A stretch of DNA of 64,000 bases from Eledone cirrhosa. Lineage: Eukaryota. The stretch is from the NCBI GenBank assembly GCA_964016885.1, contig OZ024741.1:232252001-232316000 (forward strand), written 5' to 3'. The notes under the pieces are model-generated. The model saw only the letters and a program-made list of their open reading frames with translations, was not told the DNA's origin and searched no databases. The position numbers and the translations under genes are program-made. Shown piece after piece: positions 1-15,409 of the stretch; the stretch's first letter is position 1, and the number at the start of each line of letters is the position of its first letter.

Positions 1-2080
1 ATACCTTATCAGTTGGATATTCTCTGTATAGTATCATACCTTATCAGTTAGATATTCTCTGTATAGTATCATACCTTATCAGTTAGATATTTTCTGGATA
101 GTATCATACCTTATCAGTTGGATATTCTCTGAATAGTATCATACCTTATCAGTTAGATATTCTCTGGATAGTATCATACCTTATCAGTTAGATATTCTCT
201 GTATAGTATCATACCTTATCAGTTAGATATTCTCTGGATAGTATCATACCTTATCAGTTAGATATTCTCTGTATACTATCATACCTTATCAGTTGGATAT
301 TCTCTGGATAGTATCATACCTTATCAGTTGGATATTCTCTGTATAGTATCATGCCTTATAAGTTGGATATTCTCTGGATAGTATCATACCTTATCAGTTG
401 GATATTCTCTGGATAGTATCATGCCTTATAAGTTGGATATTCTCTGGATAGTATCATACCTTATCAGTTGGATATTCTCTGAATAGTATCATACCTTATC
501 AGTTAGATATTCTCTGGATAGTATCATACCTTATCAGTTAGATATTCTCTGTATAGTATCATACCTTATCAGTTGGATATTCTCTGTATAGTATCATACC
601 TTATCAGTTGCATATTCTCTGGATAGTATCATACCTTATCAGTTGGATATTCTCTGGATAGTATCATACCTTATCAGTTCGATATTCTCTGGATAGTATC
701 ATACCTTATAAGTTGGATATTCCATGGATAGTATCATACCTTATCAGTTAGATATTCCATGGATAGTATCATACCTTATCAGTTAGATATTCTCTGGATA
801 GTATCATACCTTATCAGTTAGATATTCTCTGGATAGTATCATACCTTATCAGTTGGATATTCTCTGGATAGTATCATACCTTATCAGTTGGATATTCTCT
901 GGATAGTATCATACCTTATCAGTTGGATATTCTCTGTATAGTATCATACCTTATCAGTTGGATATTTTCTGGATAGTATCATACCTTATCAGTTGGATAT
1001 TCTCTGGATAGTATCATACCTTATCAGTTGGATATTCTCTGTATAGTATCATACCTTATCAGTTGGATATTCTCTGGATAGTATCATACCTTATCAGTTA
1101 GATATTCCATGGATAGTATCATACCTTATCAGTTAGATATTCTCTGGATAGTATCATACCTTATCAGTTAGATATTCTCTGGATAGTATCATAACTTATC
1201 AGTTGGATATTCTCTGTATAGTATCATACCTTATCAGTTGGATATTTTCTGGATAGTATCATACCTTATCAGTTGGATATTCTCTGGATAGTATCATACC
1301 TTATCAGTTGGATATTCTCTGTATAGTATCATACCTTATCAGTTGGATATTCTCTGGATAGTATCATACCTTATCAGTTGGATATTCTCTGGATAGTATC
1401 ATACCTTATCAGTTGGATATTCTCTGTATAGTATCATACCTTATCAGTTAGATATTCTCTGTATAGTATCATACCTTATCAGTTAGATATTTTCTGGATA
1501 GTATCATACCTTATCAGTTGGATATTCTCTGAATAGTATCATACCTTATCAGTTAGATATTCTCTGGATAGTATCATACCTTATCAGTTAGATATTCTCT
1601 GTATAGTATCATACCTTATCAGTTAGATATTCTCTGGATAGTATCATACCTTATCAGTTAGATATTCTCTGTATACTATCATACCTTATCAGTTGGATAT
1701 TCTCTGGATAGTATCATACCTTATCAGTTGGATATTTTCTGTATAGTATCATGCCTTATAAGTTGGATATTCTCTGGATAGTATCATACCTTATCAGTTG
1801 GATATTCTCTGGATAGTATCATGCCTTATAAGTTGGATATTCTCTGGATAGTATCATATCTTATCAGTTGGATATTCTCTGAATAGTATCATACCTTATC
1901 AGTTAGATATACTCTGGATAGTATCATACCTTATCAGTTAGATATTCTCTGTATAGTATCATACCTTATCAGTTGGATATTCTCTGTATAGTATCATACC
2001 TTATCAGTTGCATATTCTCTGGATAGTATCATACCTTATCAGTTGGATATTCTCTGGATAGTATCATACCTTATCAGTTG
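1..2080 (+). repeat. Higher-order duplication with a 40-monomer (1400 bp) offset: ~1-680 repeated at ~1401-2080
   Basis: Rare markers recur at +1400: GAATAG 131/1531 and 481/1881, GTATACTATC 271/1671, CATATT 611/2011. Confidence 0.85.
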
Positions 2081-3406
2081 GATATTCTCTGTATAGTATC
2101 ATACCTTATCAGTTAGATATTCTCTGTATAGTATCATACCTTATCAGTTAGATATTCTCTGGATAGTATCATACCTTATCAGTTGGATATCCTCTGGATA
2201 GTATCATACCTTATCAGTTGGACATGTTCTGGATAGTATCATACCTTATCAGTTGGATATTCTCTGTATAGTATCATACCTTATCAGTTGGACATTTTCT
2301 GGATAGTATCATACCTTATCAGTTGGATATTCTCTGGATAGTATCATACCTTATCTGTTGGATATTCTCTGGATAGTATCATACCTTATTAGTTCGATAT
2401 TCTCTGTATAGTATCATACCTTATCAGTTGGATATTCTCTGGATAGTATCATACCTTATCAGTTGGATATTCTCTGTATAGTATCATACCTTATCAGTTA
2501 GATATTCTCTGTATAGTATCATACCTTATCAGTTAGATATCTTCTGGATAGTATCATACCTTATCAGTTGGATATTCTATGTATAGTATCATACCTTATC
2601 AGTTGGATATTCTCGGGATAGTATCATACCTTATCAGTTAGATATTTTCTGGATAGTATCATACTTTATCAGTTGGATATTCTCTGGATAGTATCATACC
2701 TTATCAGTTGGATATTATCTGGATAGTATCATACCTTATCAGTTGGATATTCTCTGTATAGTATCATACCTTATATGTTGGATATTCTCTGGATAGTATC
2801 ATACCTTATCAGTTGGATATTCTCTGGATAGTATCATACCTTATCAGTTGGATATTCTCTGGATAGTATCATACCTTATCAGTTAGATATTTTCAGGATA
2901 GTATCATACCTTATCAGTTGGATATTCTCTGGATAGTATCATACCTTATCAGTTCGATATTCTCTGGATTGTATCATACCTTATCAGTTGGATATTCTCT
3001 GGATAGTATTATACCTTATCAGTTGGATATTCTCTGTATAGTATCATACCTTATCAGTTGGATATTCTCTGTATAGTATCATACCTTATCAGTTGGATAT
3101 TTTCTGGATAGTATCATACCTTATCAGTTGGATATTCTCTGGATAGTATCATACCTTATCAGTTGGATATTCTCTGTATAGTATCATACCTTATCAGTTG
3201 GATATTCTCTGGATAGTATCATACCTTATCAGTTGGATATTCTCTGGATAGTATCATACCTTATCAGTTGGATATTCTCTGTATAGTATCATACCTTATC
3301 AGTTAGATATTCTCTGTATAGTATCATACCTTATCAGTTAGATATTTTCTGGATAGTATCATACCTTATCAGTTGGATATTCTCTGTATAGTATCATACC
3401 TTATCA

Positions 3407-6400
3407 GTTGGATATTCTCTGGATAGTATCATACCTTATCAGTTAGATATTTTCAGGATAGTATCATACTTTATCAGTTGGATATTCTCTGGATAGTATC
3501 ATACCTTATCAGTTGGATATTATCTGGATAGTATCATACCTTATCAGTTGGATATTCTCTGTATAGTATCATACCTTATATGTTGGATATTCTCTGGATA
3601 GTATCATACCTTATCAGTTGGATATTCTCTGGATAGTATCATACCTTATCAGTTGGATATTCTCTGGATAGTATCATACCTTATCAGTTAGATATTTTCA
3701 GGATAGTATCATACCTTATCAGTTCGATATTCTCTGTATAGTATCATACCTTATATGTTGGATATTCTCTGGATAGTATCATACCTTATCAGTTGGATAT
3801 TCTCTGGATAGTATCATACCTTATCAGTTAGATATTCTCTGTATAGTATCATACCTTATCAGTTAGATATTCTCTGGATAGTATCATGCCTTATCAGTTA
3901 GATATTCTCTGTATAGTATCATACCTTATCAGTTGGATATTCTCTGGATAGTATCATACCTTATCAGTTGGATAATCTCTGGATAGTATCATGCCTTATA
4001 TGTTGGATATTCTCTGGATAGTATCATACCTTATCAGTTGGATATTCTCTGGATAGTATCATGCCTTATAAGTTGGATATTCTCTGTATAGTATCATACC
4101 TTATATGTTGGATATTCTCTGGATAGTATCATACCTTATCAGTTGGATATTCTCTGGATAGTATCATACCTTATCAGTTCGATATTCTCTGGATAGTATC
4201 ATACCTTATCAGTTGAATATTCTCTGGATAGTATCATACCTTATCAGTTAGATATTCTCTGGATAGTATCATACCTTATCAGTTGGATATTCTCTGGATA
4301 GTATCATACCTTATCAGTTGGATATTCTCTGGATAGTATCATACCTTATCAGTTGGATATTCTCTGTATAGTATCATACCTTATCAGTTAGATATTCTCT
4401 GTATAGTATCATACCTTATCAGTTAGATATTCTCTGGATAGTATCATACCTTATCAGTTGGATATCCTCTGGATACTATCATACCTTATCAGTTGGACAT
4501 TTTCTGGATAGTATCATACCTTATCAGTTGGATATTTTCTGGATAGTATCATACCTTATCAGTTGGATATTCTCTGGATAGTATCATACCTTATCAGTTG
4601 GATATTCTCTGTATAGTATCATACCTTATCAGTTGGATATTCTCTGGATAGTATCATACCTTATCAGTTGGATATTCTCTGGATAGTATCATACCTTATC
4701 AGTTGGATATTCTCTGTATAGTATCATACCTTATCAGTTAGATATTCTCTGTATAGTATCATACCTTATCAGTTAGATATTTTCTGGATAGTATCATACC
4801 TTATCAGTTGGATATTTTCTGGATAGTATCATACCTTATCAGTTGGATATTCTCTGGATAGTATCATACCTTATCAGTTGGATATTATCTGGATAGTATC
4901 ATACCTTATCAGTTGGATATTCTCTGTATAGTATCATACCTTATATGTTGGATATTCTCTGGATAGTATCATACCTTATCAGTTGGATATTCTCTGGATA
5001 GTATCATACCTTATCAGTTGGATATTCTCTGGATAGTATCATACCTTATCAGTTAGATATTTTCAGGATAGTATCATACCTTATCAATTGGATATTCTCT
5101 GGATAGTATCATACCTTATCAGTTCGATATTCTCTGGATAGTATCATACCTTATCAGTTGGATATTCTCTGGATAGTATTATACCTTATCAGTTGGATAT
5201 TCTCTGTATAGTATCATACCTTATCAGTTGGATATTCTCTGTATAGTATCATACCTTATCAGTTAGATATTCTCTGGATAGTATCATACCTTATCAGTTA
5301 GATATTCTCTGGATAGTATCATACCTTATCAGTTAGATATTCTCTGGATAGTATCATACCTTATAATTTGGATATTCCATGGATAGTATCATACCTTATC
5401 AGTTAGATATTCCATGGATAGTATCATACCTTATCAGTTAGATATTCTCTGGATAGTATCATACCTTATCAGTTAGATATTCTCTGGATAGTATCATACC
5501 TTATCAGTTGGATATTATCTGGATAGTATCATACCTTATCAGTTAGATATTCTCTGGATAGTATCATACCGTATAAGTTGGATATTCTCTGTATAGTATC
5601 ATACCTTATCAATTGGATATTCTCTGTATAGTATCATGCCTTATCAGTTGGACATTTTCTGGATAGTATCATACCTTATCAGTTGGATATTCTCTGTATA
5701 GTATCATACGTTATCAGTTGGATATTCTCTGTATAGTATCATACCTTATCAATTGGATATTCTCTGTATAGTATCATGCCTTATCAGTTGGACATTTTCT
5801 GGATAGTATCATACCTTATCAGTTGGATATTCTCTGTATAGTATCATACCTTATCAGTTAGATATTCTCTGGATAGTATCATACCTTATCAGTTGGATAT
5901 TCTCTGTATAGTATCAGACCTTATCAGTTAGATATTCTCTGGATAGTATCATACCTTATCAGTTAGATATTCTCTGGATAGTATCATACCTTATCAGTTG
6001 GATATTCTCTGGATAGTATCATACCTTATCAGTTAGATATTCTCTGGATATTATGATACCTTATATGTTGGATATTCTCTGGATAGTATCATACCTTATC
6101 AGTTAGATATTCTCTGGATAGTATCATACATTATCAGTTGGACATTTTCAGGATAGTATCATACCTTATCAGTTGGATATTCTCTGGATAGTATCATACC
6201 TTATCAGTTCGATATTCTCTGGATAGTATCATAACTTATCAGTTTGATATTCTCTTGATAGTATCATACCTTATCAGTTGGATATTCTCTGGATAGTATC
6301 ATACCTTATCAGTTGGATATTCTCTGGATAGTATCATACCTTATCAGTTCGATATTCTCTGGATAGTATCATACCTTATCAGTTGGATATTCTCTGGATA

Positions 6401-9400
6401 GTATCATACCTTATAAGTTGGATATTCCATGGATAGTATCATACCTTATCAGTTAGATATTCCATGGATAGTATCATACCTTATCAGTTAGATATTCTCT
6501 GGATAGTATCATACCTTATCAGTTAGATATTCTCTGGATAGTATCATACCTTATCAGTTGGATATTATCTGGATAGTATCATACCTTATCAGTTAGATAT
6601 TCTCTGGATAGTATCATACCTTATAAGTTGGATATTCTCTGTATAGTATCATACCTTATCAATTGGATATTCTCTGTATAGTATCATGCCTTATCAGTTG
6701 GACATTTTCTGGATATTATCATACCTTATCAGTTGGATATTCTCTGTATAGTATCATACCTTATCAGTTGGATATTCTCTGTATAGTATCATACCTTATC
6801 AATTGGTTATTCTCTGTATAGTATCATGCCTTATCAGTTGGATATTCTCTGTATAGTATCATACCTCATCAGTTAGATATTCTCTGGATAGTATCATACC
6901 TTATCAGTTGGATATTCTCTGTATAGTATCATGACTTATCAGTTAGATATTCTCTGGATAGTATCATACCTTATCAGTTAGATATTCTCTGGATAGTATC
7001 ATACCTTATCAGTTAGATATTTTCTGGATAGTATTATACTTTATCAGTTGGATATTCTCTGGATAGTATCATACCTTATCAGTTGGATATTATCTGGATA
7101 GTATCATACCTTATCAGTTAGATATTCTCTGGATAGTATCATACCTTATCAGTTGGATATTATCTGGATAGTATCATACCTTATCAGTTAGATATTCTCT
7201 GGATAGTATCATACCTTATAAGTTGGATATTCTCTGTATAGTATCATACCTTATCAATTGGATATTCTCTGTATAGTATCATGCCTTATCAGTTGGACAT
7301 TTTCTGGATAGTATCATACCTTATCAGTTGGATATTCTCTGTATAGTATCATACCTTATCAGTTAGATATTCTCTGTATAGTATCATACCTTATCAATTG
7401 GATATTCTCTGTATAGTATCATGCCTTATCAGTTGGACATTTTCTGGATAGTATCATACCCTATCAGTTGGATATTCTCTGTATAGTATCATACCTTATC
7501 AGTTGGATATTTTCTGTATAGTATCATACCTTATCAATTGGATATTCTCTGTATAGTATCATGCCTTATCAGTTGGACATTTTCTGGATAGTATCATACC
7601 TTATCAGTTGGATATTCTCTGTATAGTATCATACCTTATCAGTTAGATATTCTCTGGATAGTATCATACCTTATCAGTTGGATATTCTCTGTATAGTATC
7701 ATACCTTATCAGTTAGATATTCTCTGGATAGTATCATACCTTATCAGTTAGATATTCTCTGGATAGTATCATACCTTATCAGTTGGATATTCTCTGGATA
7801 GTATCATACCTTATCAGTTAGATATTCTCTGGATATTATGATACCTTATATGTTGGATATTCTCTGGATAGTATCATACCTTATCAGTTAGATATTCTCT
7901 GGATAGTATCATACATTATCAGTTGGACATTTTCAGGATAGTATCATACCTTATCAGTTGGATATTCTCTGGATAGTATCATACCTTATCAGTTGGATAT
8001 TCTCTGGATAGTATCATAACTTATCAGTTTGATATTCTCTTGATAGTATCATACCTTATCAGTTAGATATTCTCTGGATAGTATCATACCTTATCAGTTG
8101 GATATTCTCTGGATAGTATCATACCTTATCAGTTCGATATTCTCTGGATAGTATCATACCTTATCAGTTGGATATTCTCTGGATAGTATCATACCTTATA
8201 AGTTGGATATTCCATAGATAGTATCATACCTTATCAGTTAGATATTCCATGGATAGTATCATACCTTATCAGTTAGATATTCTCTGGATAGTATAATACC
8301 TTATCAGTTAGATATTCTCTGGATAGTATCATACCTTATCAGTTGGATATTATCTGGACAGTATCATACCTTATCAGTTAGATATTCTCTGGATAGTATC
8401 ATACCTTATAAGTTGGATATTCTCTGTATAGTATCATACCTTATCAATTGGATATTCTCTGTATAGTATCATGCCTTATCAGTTGGACATTTTCTGGATA
8501 TTATCATACCTTATCAGTTGGATATTCTCTGTATAGTATCATACCTTATCAGTTGGATATTCTCTGTATAGTATCATACCTTATCAATTGGATATTCTCT
8601 GTATAGTATCATGCCTTATCAGTTGGATATTCTCTGTATAGTATCATACCTCATCAGTTAGATATTCTCTGGATAGTATCATACCTTATCAGTTGGATAT
8701 TCTCTGTATAGTATCATGACTTATCAGTTAGATATTCTCTGGATAGTATCATACCTTATCAGTTGGATATTCTCTGTATAGTATCATACCTTATCAGTTA
8801 GATATTTTCTGGATAGTATTATACTTTATCAGTTGGAGATTCTCTGGATAGTATCATACCTTATCAGTTGGATATTATCTGGATAGTATCATACCTTATC
8901 AGTTGGATATTCTCTGGATAGTATCATACCTTATCAGTTCGATATTCTCTGGATAGTATCATAACTTATCAGTTTGATATTCTCTTGATAGTATCATACC
9001 TTATCAGTTGGATATTCTCTGGATAGTATCATACCTTATCAGTTGGATATTCTCTGGATAGTATCATACCTTATCAGTTCGATATTCTCTGGATAGTATC
9101 ATACCTTATCAGTTGGATATTCTCTGGATAGTATCATACCTTATAAGTTGGATATTCCATGGATAGTATCATACCTTATCAGTTAGATATTCCATGGATA
9201 GTATCATACCTTATCAGTTAGATATTCTCTGGATAGTATCATACCTTATCAGTTAGATATTCTCTGGATAGTATCATACCTTATCAGTTGGATATTATCT
9301 GGATAGTATCATACCTTATCAGTTAGATATTCTCTGGATAGTATCATACCTTATAAGTTGGATATTCTCTGTATAGTATCATACCTTATATGTTGGATAT

Positions 9401-12400
9401 TCTCTGGATAGTATCATACCTTATCAGTTAGATATTTTCAGGATAGTATCATACTTTATCAGTTGGATATTCTCTGGATAGTATCATACCTTATCAGTTG
9501 GATATTATCTGGATAGTATCATACCTTATCAGTTGGATATTCTCTGTATAGTATCATACCTTATATGTTGGATATTCTCTGGATAGTATCATACCTTATC
9601 AGTTGGATATTCTCTGGATAGTATCATACCTTATCAGTTGGATATTCTCTGGATAGTATCATACCTTATCAGTTAGATATTTTCAGGATAGTATCATACC
9701 TTATCAGTTCGATATTCTCTGTATAGTATCATACCTTATATGTTGGATATTCTCTGGATAGTATCATACCTTATCAGTTGGATATTCTCTGGATAGTATC
9801 ATACCTTATCAGTTAGATATTCTCTGTATAGTATCATACCTTATCAGTTAGATATTCTCTGGATAGTATCATGCCTTATCAGTTAGATATTCTCTGTATA
9901 GTATCATACCTTATCAGTTGGATATTCTCTGGATAGTATCATACCTTATCAGTTGGATAATCTCTGGATAGTATCATGCCTTATATGTTGGATATTCTCT
10001 GGATAGTATCATACCTTATCAGTTGGATATTCTCTGGATAGTATCATGCCTTATAAGTTGGATATTCTCTGTATAGTATCATACCTTATATGTTGGATAT
10101 TCTCTGGATAGTATCATACCTTATCAGTTGGATATTCTCTGGATAGTATCATACCTTATCAGTTCGATATTCTCTGGATAGTATCATACCTTATCAGTTG
10201 GATATTCTCTGGATAGTATCATACCTTATCAGTTAGATATTCTCTGGATAGTATCATACCTTATCAGTTGGATATTCTCTGGATAGTATCATACCTTATC
10301 AGTTGGATATTCTCTGGATAGTATCATACCTTATCAGTTGGATATTCTCTGTATAGTATCATACCTTATCAGTTAGATATTCTCTGTATAGTATCATACC
10401 TTATCAGTTAGATATTCTCTGGATAGTATCATACCTTATCAGTTGGATATCCTCTGGATACTATCATACCTTATCAGTTGGACATTTTCTGGATAGTATC
10501 ATACCTTATCAGTTGGATATTTTCTGGATAGTATCATACCTTATCAGTTGGATATTCTCTGGATAGTATCATACCTTATCAGTTGGATATTCTCTGTATA
10601 GTATCATACCTTATCAGTTGGATATTCTCTGGATAGTATCATACCTTATCAGTTGGATATTCTCTGGATAGTATCATACCTTATCAGTTGGATATTCTCT
10701 GGATAGTATCATACCTTATCAGTTGGATATTCTCTGTATAGTATCATACCTTATCAGTTAGATATTCTCTGTATAGTATCATACCTTATCAGTTAGATAT
10801 TTTCTGGATAGTATCATACCTTATCAGTTGGATATTTTCTGGATAGTATCATACCTTATCAGTTGGATATTCTCTGGATAGTATCATACCTTATCAGTTG
10901 GATATTATCTGGATAGTATCATACCTTATCAGTTGGATATTCTCTGTATAGTATCATACCTTATATGTTGGATATTCTCTGGATAGTATCATACCTTATC
11001 AGTTGGATATTCTCTGGATAGTATCATACCTTATCAGTTGGATATTCTCTGGATAGTATCATACCTTATCAGTTAGATATTTTCAGGATAGTATCATACC
11101 TTATCAATTGGATATTCTCTGGATAGTATCATACCTTATCAGTTCGATATTCTCTGGATAGTATCATACCTTATCAGTTGGATATTCTCTGGATAGTATT
11201 ATACCTTATAAGTTGGATATTCTCTGTATAGTATCATACCTTATCAGTTGGATATTCTCTGTATAGTATCATACCTTATCAGTTAGATATTCTCTGGATA
11301 GTATCATACCTTATCAGTTAGATATTCTCTGGATAGTATCATACCTTATCAGTTAGATATTCTCTGGATAGTATCATACCTTATAATTTGGATATTCCAT
11401 GGATAGTATCATACCTTATCAGTTAGATATTCCATGGATAGTATCATACCTTATCAGTTAGATATTCTCTGGATAGTATCATACCTTATCAGTTAGATAT
11501 TCTCTGGATAGTATCATACCTTATCAGTTGGATATTATCTGGATAGTATCATACCTTATCAGTTAGATATTCTCTGGATAGTATCATACCGTATAAGTTG
11601 GATATTCTCTGTATAGTATCATACCTTATCAATTGGATATTCTCTGTATAGTATCATGCCTTATCAGTTGGACATTTTCTGGATAGTATCATACCTTATC
11701 AGTTGGATATTCTCTGTATAGTATCATACGTTATCAGTTGGATATTCTCTGTATAGTATCATACCTTATCAATTGGATATTCTCTGTATAGTATCATGCC
11801 TTATCAGTTGGACATTTTCTGGATAGTATCATACCTTATCAGTTGGATATTCTCTGTATAGTATCATACCTTATCAGTTAGATATTCTCTGGATAGTATC
11901 ATACCTTATCAGTTGGATATTCTCTGTATAGTATCAGACCTTATCAGTTAGATATTCTCTGGATAGTATCATACCTTATCAGTTAGATATTCTCTGGATA
12001 GTATCATACCTTATCAGTTGGATATTCTCTGGATAGTATCATACCTTATCAGTTAGATATTCTCTGGATATTATGATACCTTATATGTTGGATATTCTCT
12101 GGATAGTATCATACCTTATCAGTTAGATATTCTCTGGATAGTATCATACATTATCAGTTGGACATTTTCAGGATAGTATCATACCTTATCAGTTGGATAT
12201 TCTCTGGATAGTATCATACCTTATCAGTTCGATATTCTCTGGATAGTATCATAACTTATCAGTTTGATATTCTCTTGATAGTATCATACCTTATCAGTTG
12301 GATATTCTCTGGATAGTATCATACCTTATCAGTTGGATATTCTCTGGATAGTATCATACCTTATCAGTTCGATATTCTCTGGATAGTATCATACCTTATC

Positions 12401-15400
12401 AGTTGGATATTCTCTGGATAGTATCATACCTTATAAGTTGGATATTCCATGGATAGTATCATACCTTATCAGTTAGATATTCCATGGATAGTATCATACC
12501 TTATCAGTTAGATATTCTCTGGATAGTATCATACCTTATCAGTTAGATATTCTCTGGATAGTATCATACCTTATCAGTTGGATATTATCTGGATAGTATC
12601 ATACCTTATCAGTTAGATATTCTCTGGATAGTATCATACCTTATAAGTTGGATATTCTCTGTATAGTATCATACCTTATCAATTGGATATTCTCTGTATA
12701 GTATCATGCCTTATCAGTTGGACATTTTCTGGATATTATCATACCTTATCAGTTGGATATTCTCTGTATAGTATCATACCTTATCAGTTGGATATTCTCT
12801 GTATAGTATCATACCTTATCAATTGGTTATTCTCTGTATAGTATCATGCCTTATCAGTTGGATATTCTCTGTATAGTATCATACCTCATCAGTTAGATAT
12901 TCTCTGGATAGTATCATACCTTATCAGTTGGATATTCTCTGTATAGTATCATGACTTATCAGTTAGATATTCTCTGGATAGTATCATACCTTATCAGTTA
13001 GATATTCTCTGGATAGTATCATACCTTATCAGTTAGATATTTTCTGGATAGTATTATACTTTATCAGTTGGATATTCTCTGGATAGTATCATACCTTATC
13101 AGTTGGATATTATCTGGATAGTATCATACCTTATCAGTTAGATATTCTCTGGATAGTATCATACCTTATCAGTTGGATATTATCTGGATAGTATCATACC
13201 TTATCAGTTAGATATTCTCTGGATAGTATCATACCTTATAAGTTGGATATTCTCTGTATAGTATCATACCTTATCAATTGGATATTCTCTGTATAGTATC
13301 ATGCCTTATCAGTTGGACATTTTCTGGATAGTATCATACCTTATCAGTTGGATATTCTCTGTATAGTATCATACCTTATCAGTTAGATATTCTCTGTATA
13401 GTATCATACCTTATCAATTGGATATTCTCTGTATAGTATCATGCCTTATCAGTTGGACATTTTCTGGATAGTATCATACCCTATCAGTTGGATATTCTCT
13501 GTATAGTATCATACCTTATCAGTTGGATATTTTCTGTATAGTATCATACCTTATCAATTGGATATTCTCTGTATAGTATCATGCCTTATCAGTTGGACAT
13601 TTTCTGGATAGTATCATACCTTATCAGTTGGATATTCTCTGTATAGTATCATACCTTATCAGTTAGATATTCTCTGGATAGTATCATACCTTATCAGTTG
13701 GATATTCTCTGTATAGTATCATACCTTATCAGTTAGATATTCTCTGGATAGTATCATACCTTATCAGTTAGATATTCTCTGGATAGTATCATACCTTATC
13801 AGTTGGATATTCTCTGGATAGTATCATACCTTATCAGTTAGATATTCTCTGGATATTATGATACCTTATATGTTGGATATTCTCTGGATAGTATCATACC
13901 TTATCAGTTAGATATTCTCTGGATAGTATCATACATTATCAGTTGGACATTTTCAGGATAGTATCATACCTTATCAGTTGGATATTCTCTGGATAGTATC
14001 ATACCTTATCAGTTGGATATTCTCTGGATAGTATCATAACTTATCAGTTTGATATTCTCTTGATAGTATCATACCTTATCAGTTAGATATTCTCTGGATA
14101 GTATCATACCTTATCAGTTGGATATTCTCTGGATAGTATCATACCTTATCAGTTCGATATTCTCTGGATAGTATCATACCTTATCAGTTGGATATTCTCT
14201 GGATAGTATCATACCTTATAAGTTGGATATTCCATAGATAGTATCATACCTTATCAGTTAGATATTCCATGGATAGTATCATACCTTATCAGTTAGATAT
14301 TCTCTGGATAGTATAATACCTTATCAGTTAGATATTCTCTGGATAGTATCATACCTTATCAGTTGGATATTATCTGGACAGTATCATACCTTATCAGTTA
14401 GATATTCTCTGGATAGTATCATACCTTATAAGTTGGATATTCTCTGTATAGTATCATACCTTATCAATTGGATATTCTCTGTATAGTATCATGCCTTATC
14501 AGTTGGACATTTTCTGGATATTATCATACCTTATCAGTTGGATATTCTCTGTATAGTATCATACCTTATCAGTTGGATATTCTCTGTATAGTATCATACC
14601 TTATCAATTGGATATTCTCTGTATAGTATCATGCCTTATCAGTTGGATATTCTCTGTATAGTATCATACCTCATCAGTTAGATATTCTCTGGATAGTATC
14701 ATACCTTATCAGTTGGATATTCTCTGTATAGTATCATGACTTATCAGTTAGATATTCTCTGGATAGTATCATACCTTATCAGTTGGATATTCTCTGTATA
14801 GTATCATACCTTATCAGTTAGATATTTTCTGGATAGTATTATACTTTATCAGTTGGAGATTCTCTGGATAGTATCATACCTTATCAGTTGGATATTATCT
14901 GGATAGTATCATACCTTATCAGTTGGATATTCTCTGGATAGTATCATACCTTATCAGTTCGATATTCTCTGGATAGTATCATAACTTATCAGTTTGATAT
15001 TCTCTTGATAGTATCATACCTTATCAGTTGGATATTCTCTGGATAGTATCATACCTTATCAGTTGGATATTCTCTGGATAGTATCATACCTTATCAGTTC
15101 GATATTCTCTGGATAGTATCATACCTTATCAGTTGGATATTCTCTGGATAGTATCATACCTTATAAGTTGGATATTCCATGGATAGTATCATACCTTATC
15201 AGTTAGATATTCCATGGATAGTATCATACCTTATCAGTTAGATATTCTCTGGATAGTATCATACCTTATCAGTTAGATATTCTCTGGATAGTATCATACC
15301 TTATCAGTTGGATATTATCTGGATAGTATCATACCTTATCAGTTAGATATTCTCTGGATAGTATCATACCTTATAAGTTGGATATTCTCTGTATAGTATC

Positions 15401-15409
15401 ATACCTTAT
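3407..15409 (+). repeat. Tandem duplication of ~6 kb (171-172 monomers): ~3407-9389 and ~9392-15409
   Basis: GATAAT (variant A at 3975/9960) and GATATCCT (variant C at 4466/10451) sit at +5985. TTATAATTTG 5361/11381, GTATCAGACC 5911/11931 and AGTTGGAGAT 8831/14851 sit at +6020. Confidence 0.9.
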
